The position numbers and the translations under genes are program-made. Under the pieces are notes generated by a model. It did no database searches, was not told the DNA's origin, and worked only from the letters and a program-made list of their open reading frames with translations. A stretch of DNA of 64,000 bases from Azolla caroliniana (lineage: Eukaryota; Plantae; Polypodiophyta): NCBI GenBank assembly GCA_043228905.1, contig JBHGNT010000013.1, positions 4,774,001-4,838,000 of the forward strand, in the 5' to 3' direction. Of the stretch, positions 62,201 to 64,000 are shown in pieces; within the stretch, counting starts at the first letter, position 1; every line of letters starts with the position of its first letter.

Positions 62201-64000
62201 GAGCTTCAAGAAGCAGTTTCTTTAATCTTCGCATCGCCTCTGTGTGCTCTTCTCGCCATTCGAACTTTATTCTTTTCTTTAGTAGTCCATATAACGGTTC
62301 AGCGACATGAGCGTAGTGAGGAATCCATATATGATAAAACGCGCACGCTCCAAGGAACCTTCGAACCTCCGTTTGGTTTTCGCATTCTTCTTTCATGTCT
62401 TGGATTGCATTCACTTTGGATGGCGAGGGCTTTCGGCCATATGCTCCACACAAGTGACCTACCACCAAGATCTCTGGTTGCCCGAATGCGGATTTTTCTC
62501 CCGAAAATGTCAAATTCGCATCTTCGAGCCTTTGAAGCACCTTGTCGCAATCTTTCATATGATCCGCAACGAACTTTCTACAACCTTCCTTATCTTTCGA
62601 TTCATCTTTCTCCTCATCTGAACATCCTTTTATCGGAATATCATCCAAGAATGGCATCGTGATGTCCGGAATGCAATCCTTCAAGACTTTATTCATGGCA
62701 TTCACCATATGAGCCACCGAGTTCGTTGCGCCTTGGGGTAAGGTACACATCCGCACAAGCCCGATCGGAGTCCTCATGGTTGTAATGTCCCGACTGTCGA
62801 TCGCCAATTGGAATTGGTCATATCTGGAGTAGAGATCGCCAATGGAGTAGATGGACCGGCCCGCAAACGCTTCGGCAAATTCATCCACGCTCGGACCGAT
62901 TTCGGCATTTCGAATTGTCACCTTGTTGACGGGTTGAAGATCTTGGATGAATCGCAATGATCCATTCTTCTTCGGCACCGTGAACCACCTATTGGAATAA
63001 GGAGCATTCGACGGTTCTAGAATTCCCATACTCACCTTTTCTTTTAAGAGCTCGATCAGCTTCGGAAGGTGTGCTCTCGGAACCGGTATCGGTTTCAAAT
63101 TCCAAGGCACATGGGGCACCGTGAAGATCACCATTGGCTCTATAACCTTTGGGTCGGCGCATCCAATTTCTCGTGGGAAGAATGCGAAAGCCTTCCCATG
63201 TCTCTCAAGCATATCGCGAAACATTCGCTCCTCTTCAGGGAGAAGGAAATCCTCCTTTCCAACTCGTAGCTTCCCCTTCGTCTCTTTGGTGAAGTCATGA
63301 CCTATCTTCTTCGGATCTCTTAAGCTTGGATCATTAGCGACTTCCTTCATCTTTTGCCAGCTATCTTCCGGTAGCGGAACCGCAACTGGCTTGATCTTCT
63401 TATCCACTGTTTTATATTTCGTGTTGATGTCAGCTTCCTTCATCGAGATGCCACGACGGTATTCATCGATGATAGCGTACATGTTGACGGAGTTAACCGA
63501 AATCACGCATTGGTTGTGAAGATAGCTCAAGTCCACAACGTCCTCGATTTCGCCGATGGTGTCGTTAAATGAGGCTTCTTCCATAATATGAGTCACGAAC
63601 TCCCCTTCTTCTATTATGTTCTCTTCTTTCAGCATCTTCTCGAATTCTTGTATCCGGTGCTTGTGCTTCATGTCGGGTAGTACTAGTTTACATGCGCCAC
63701 TAGGTGTGACACATGTTGCTTCTCCTTGCAATCCATGCGCTCTTCTTTCTTGTGGGGTCTTGTGATTGCTCGGACTATTTGTGCCCCATGCTTCAATAGT
63801 CCGCTCTAAAAATCCGAGGATTCGCCTCCGAGACTATCTCGATTCCTTTCATGATTGGCTCGCACTGTTAGGAATTGGACCGATCTTTGGTTGTCAAGAC
63901 TCTTTATTCGTGCGAAGGCTGCTCCATTATCGAACACTTTGGTCTCCATCCGAGATGATGTGATATAAGGTTGCCCTAGGATGACAGGATGCGACGCCGA
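59229..64000 (-). mobile_element. Trp-lineage Ty3/gypsy L: 3' LTR 59229-60248, pol and the end of gag-PR; continues beyond the window
   Basis: TGTCGTGAAG...CTTCACGACA; PPT complement TCCACCCCCACC at 60249; preceded by CCGT. Confidence 0.93.
60321..63815 (-). CDS. pol: Uninterrupted RT-RNaseH-integrase reading frame of L, open from the slippery site
   Basis: The 1136-aa ORF extends without stops back to GGATTTTTAG at 63806-63815; PFLDDIPIKG, ADRGE, WFGPY; no chromodomain. Confidence 0.92.
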   Translation of the reverse strand, partial: GFLERTIEAWGTNSPSNHKTPQERRAHGLQGEATCVTPSGACKLVLPDMKHKHRIQEFEKMLKEENIIEEGEFVTHIMEEASFNDTIGEIEDVVDLSYLHNQCVISVNSVNMYAIIDEYRRGISMKEADINTKYKTVDKKIKPVAVPLPEDSWQKMKEVANDPSLRDPKKIGHDFTKETKGKLRVGKEDFLLPEEERMFRDMLERHGKAFAFFPREIGCADPKVIEPMVIFTVPHVPWNLKPIPVPRAHLPKLIELLKEKVSMGILEPSNAPYSNRWFTVPKKNGSLRFIQDLQPVNKVTIRNAEIGPSVDEFAEAFAGRSIYSIGDLYSRYDQFQLAIDSRDITTMRTPIGLVRMCTLPQGATNSVAHMVNAMNKVLKDCIPDITMPFLDDIPIKGCSDEEKDESKDKEGCRKFVADHMKDCDKVLQRLEDANLTFSGEKSAFGQPEILVVGHLCGAYGRKPSPSKVNAIQDMKEECENQTEVRRFLGACAFYHIWIPHYAHVAEPLYGLLKKRIKFEWREEHTEAMRRLKKLLLEAPALRKADYAEGKPIYVTVDRSPTGIGWVINQEGEDNARYAVRFGAKVLSERQQRYAQVKRELWGIVSAVKTDKDYVIGSEVIIETDCLPILGMVSGCATPDLAMLRWIAYIKSLNPEIRHIAGKKNAMADMLSRARFSNGSNMVSEDEDVALDFFKMARLSAEDQDTQTLHAFNENEYEGEWLLIGRFLRTLTTDASLTKEEALRIRKKAYRYFLKGGFLWRHPKRRTGIPRRVVVKKEEQETLMTEFHESAWAGHRGTWATFEKLKEKYWWPSMYKDVLHFVSTWETCQIYSNICHRDELKPTYPLTIHFKWMVDLVSMPMGVGQMKYLALAREDLTNQVEGRALTNKTTSAVCKFLLEDVVCRYGCVGKIVADRGELDAHEATELFERLGVKLSLTTAYNPEANGKIERGHGPIVKAIVRACNGRVGNWPRLLPYALWADRMTHSSVTGYMPTELMYGQKPIMPIERTIASWVAIPWGNEMSREELLAARIRQLERRPEDLEKARKMMKAARVKNKVRFDNTHRLRPKKIEEGDWVLVYDSTLDNQHSTTRKFARRWFGPYVVTSANDNATYHLAELDGSRLAVPIAGKRVKLFKKRQDKDPDLDYLDDEHNRPDENEDMEESN

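Overview
Eukaryotic repeat-rich DNA, most likely from a non-seed land plant such as a moss (inferred from a Tcn1/sushi-like gag, plant tRNA primer sites and spliceosomal introns). Most of the window is a deeply nested island of Ty1/copia and Ty3/gypsy LTR retrotransposons, and the insertion order can be reconstructed from LTRs, primer-binding sites (PBS), polypurine tracts (PPT) and target-site duplications (TSD). One gypsy lineage primed by tRNA-Trp recurs at least six times, as full elements, partial elements or isolated LTRs. Its shared traits are: TGT...GACA-type ends; 4-bp TSDs always matching (A/C)CG(G/T); a conserved GGATTTTTAG putative -1 frameshift between Gag-protease and RT-RH-IN; a conserved ~40-nt pre-PPT motif; and antisense tRNA-like modules in some LTRs. 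It also has a gag-only non-autonomous member. Other content: a Tcn1-like element with a probable self-priming PBS, a captured malate dehydrogenase fragment, and an intron-containing coiled-coil/RING-H2 pseudogene. No rRNA, true tRNA or CRISPR array was found. Coordinates were read by eye and may be off by a few bases.
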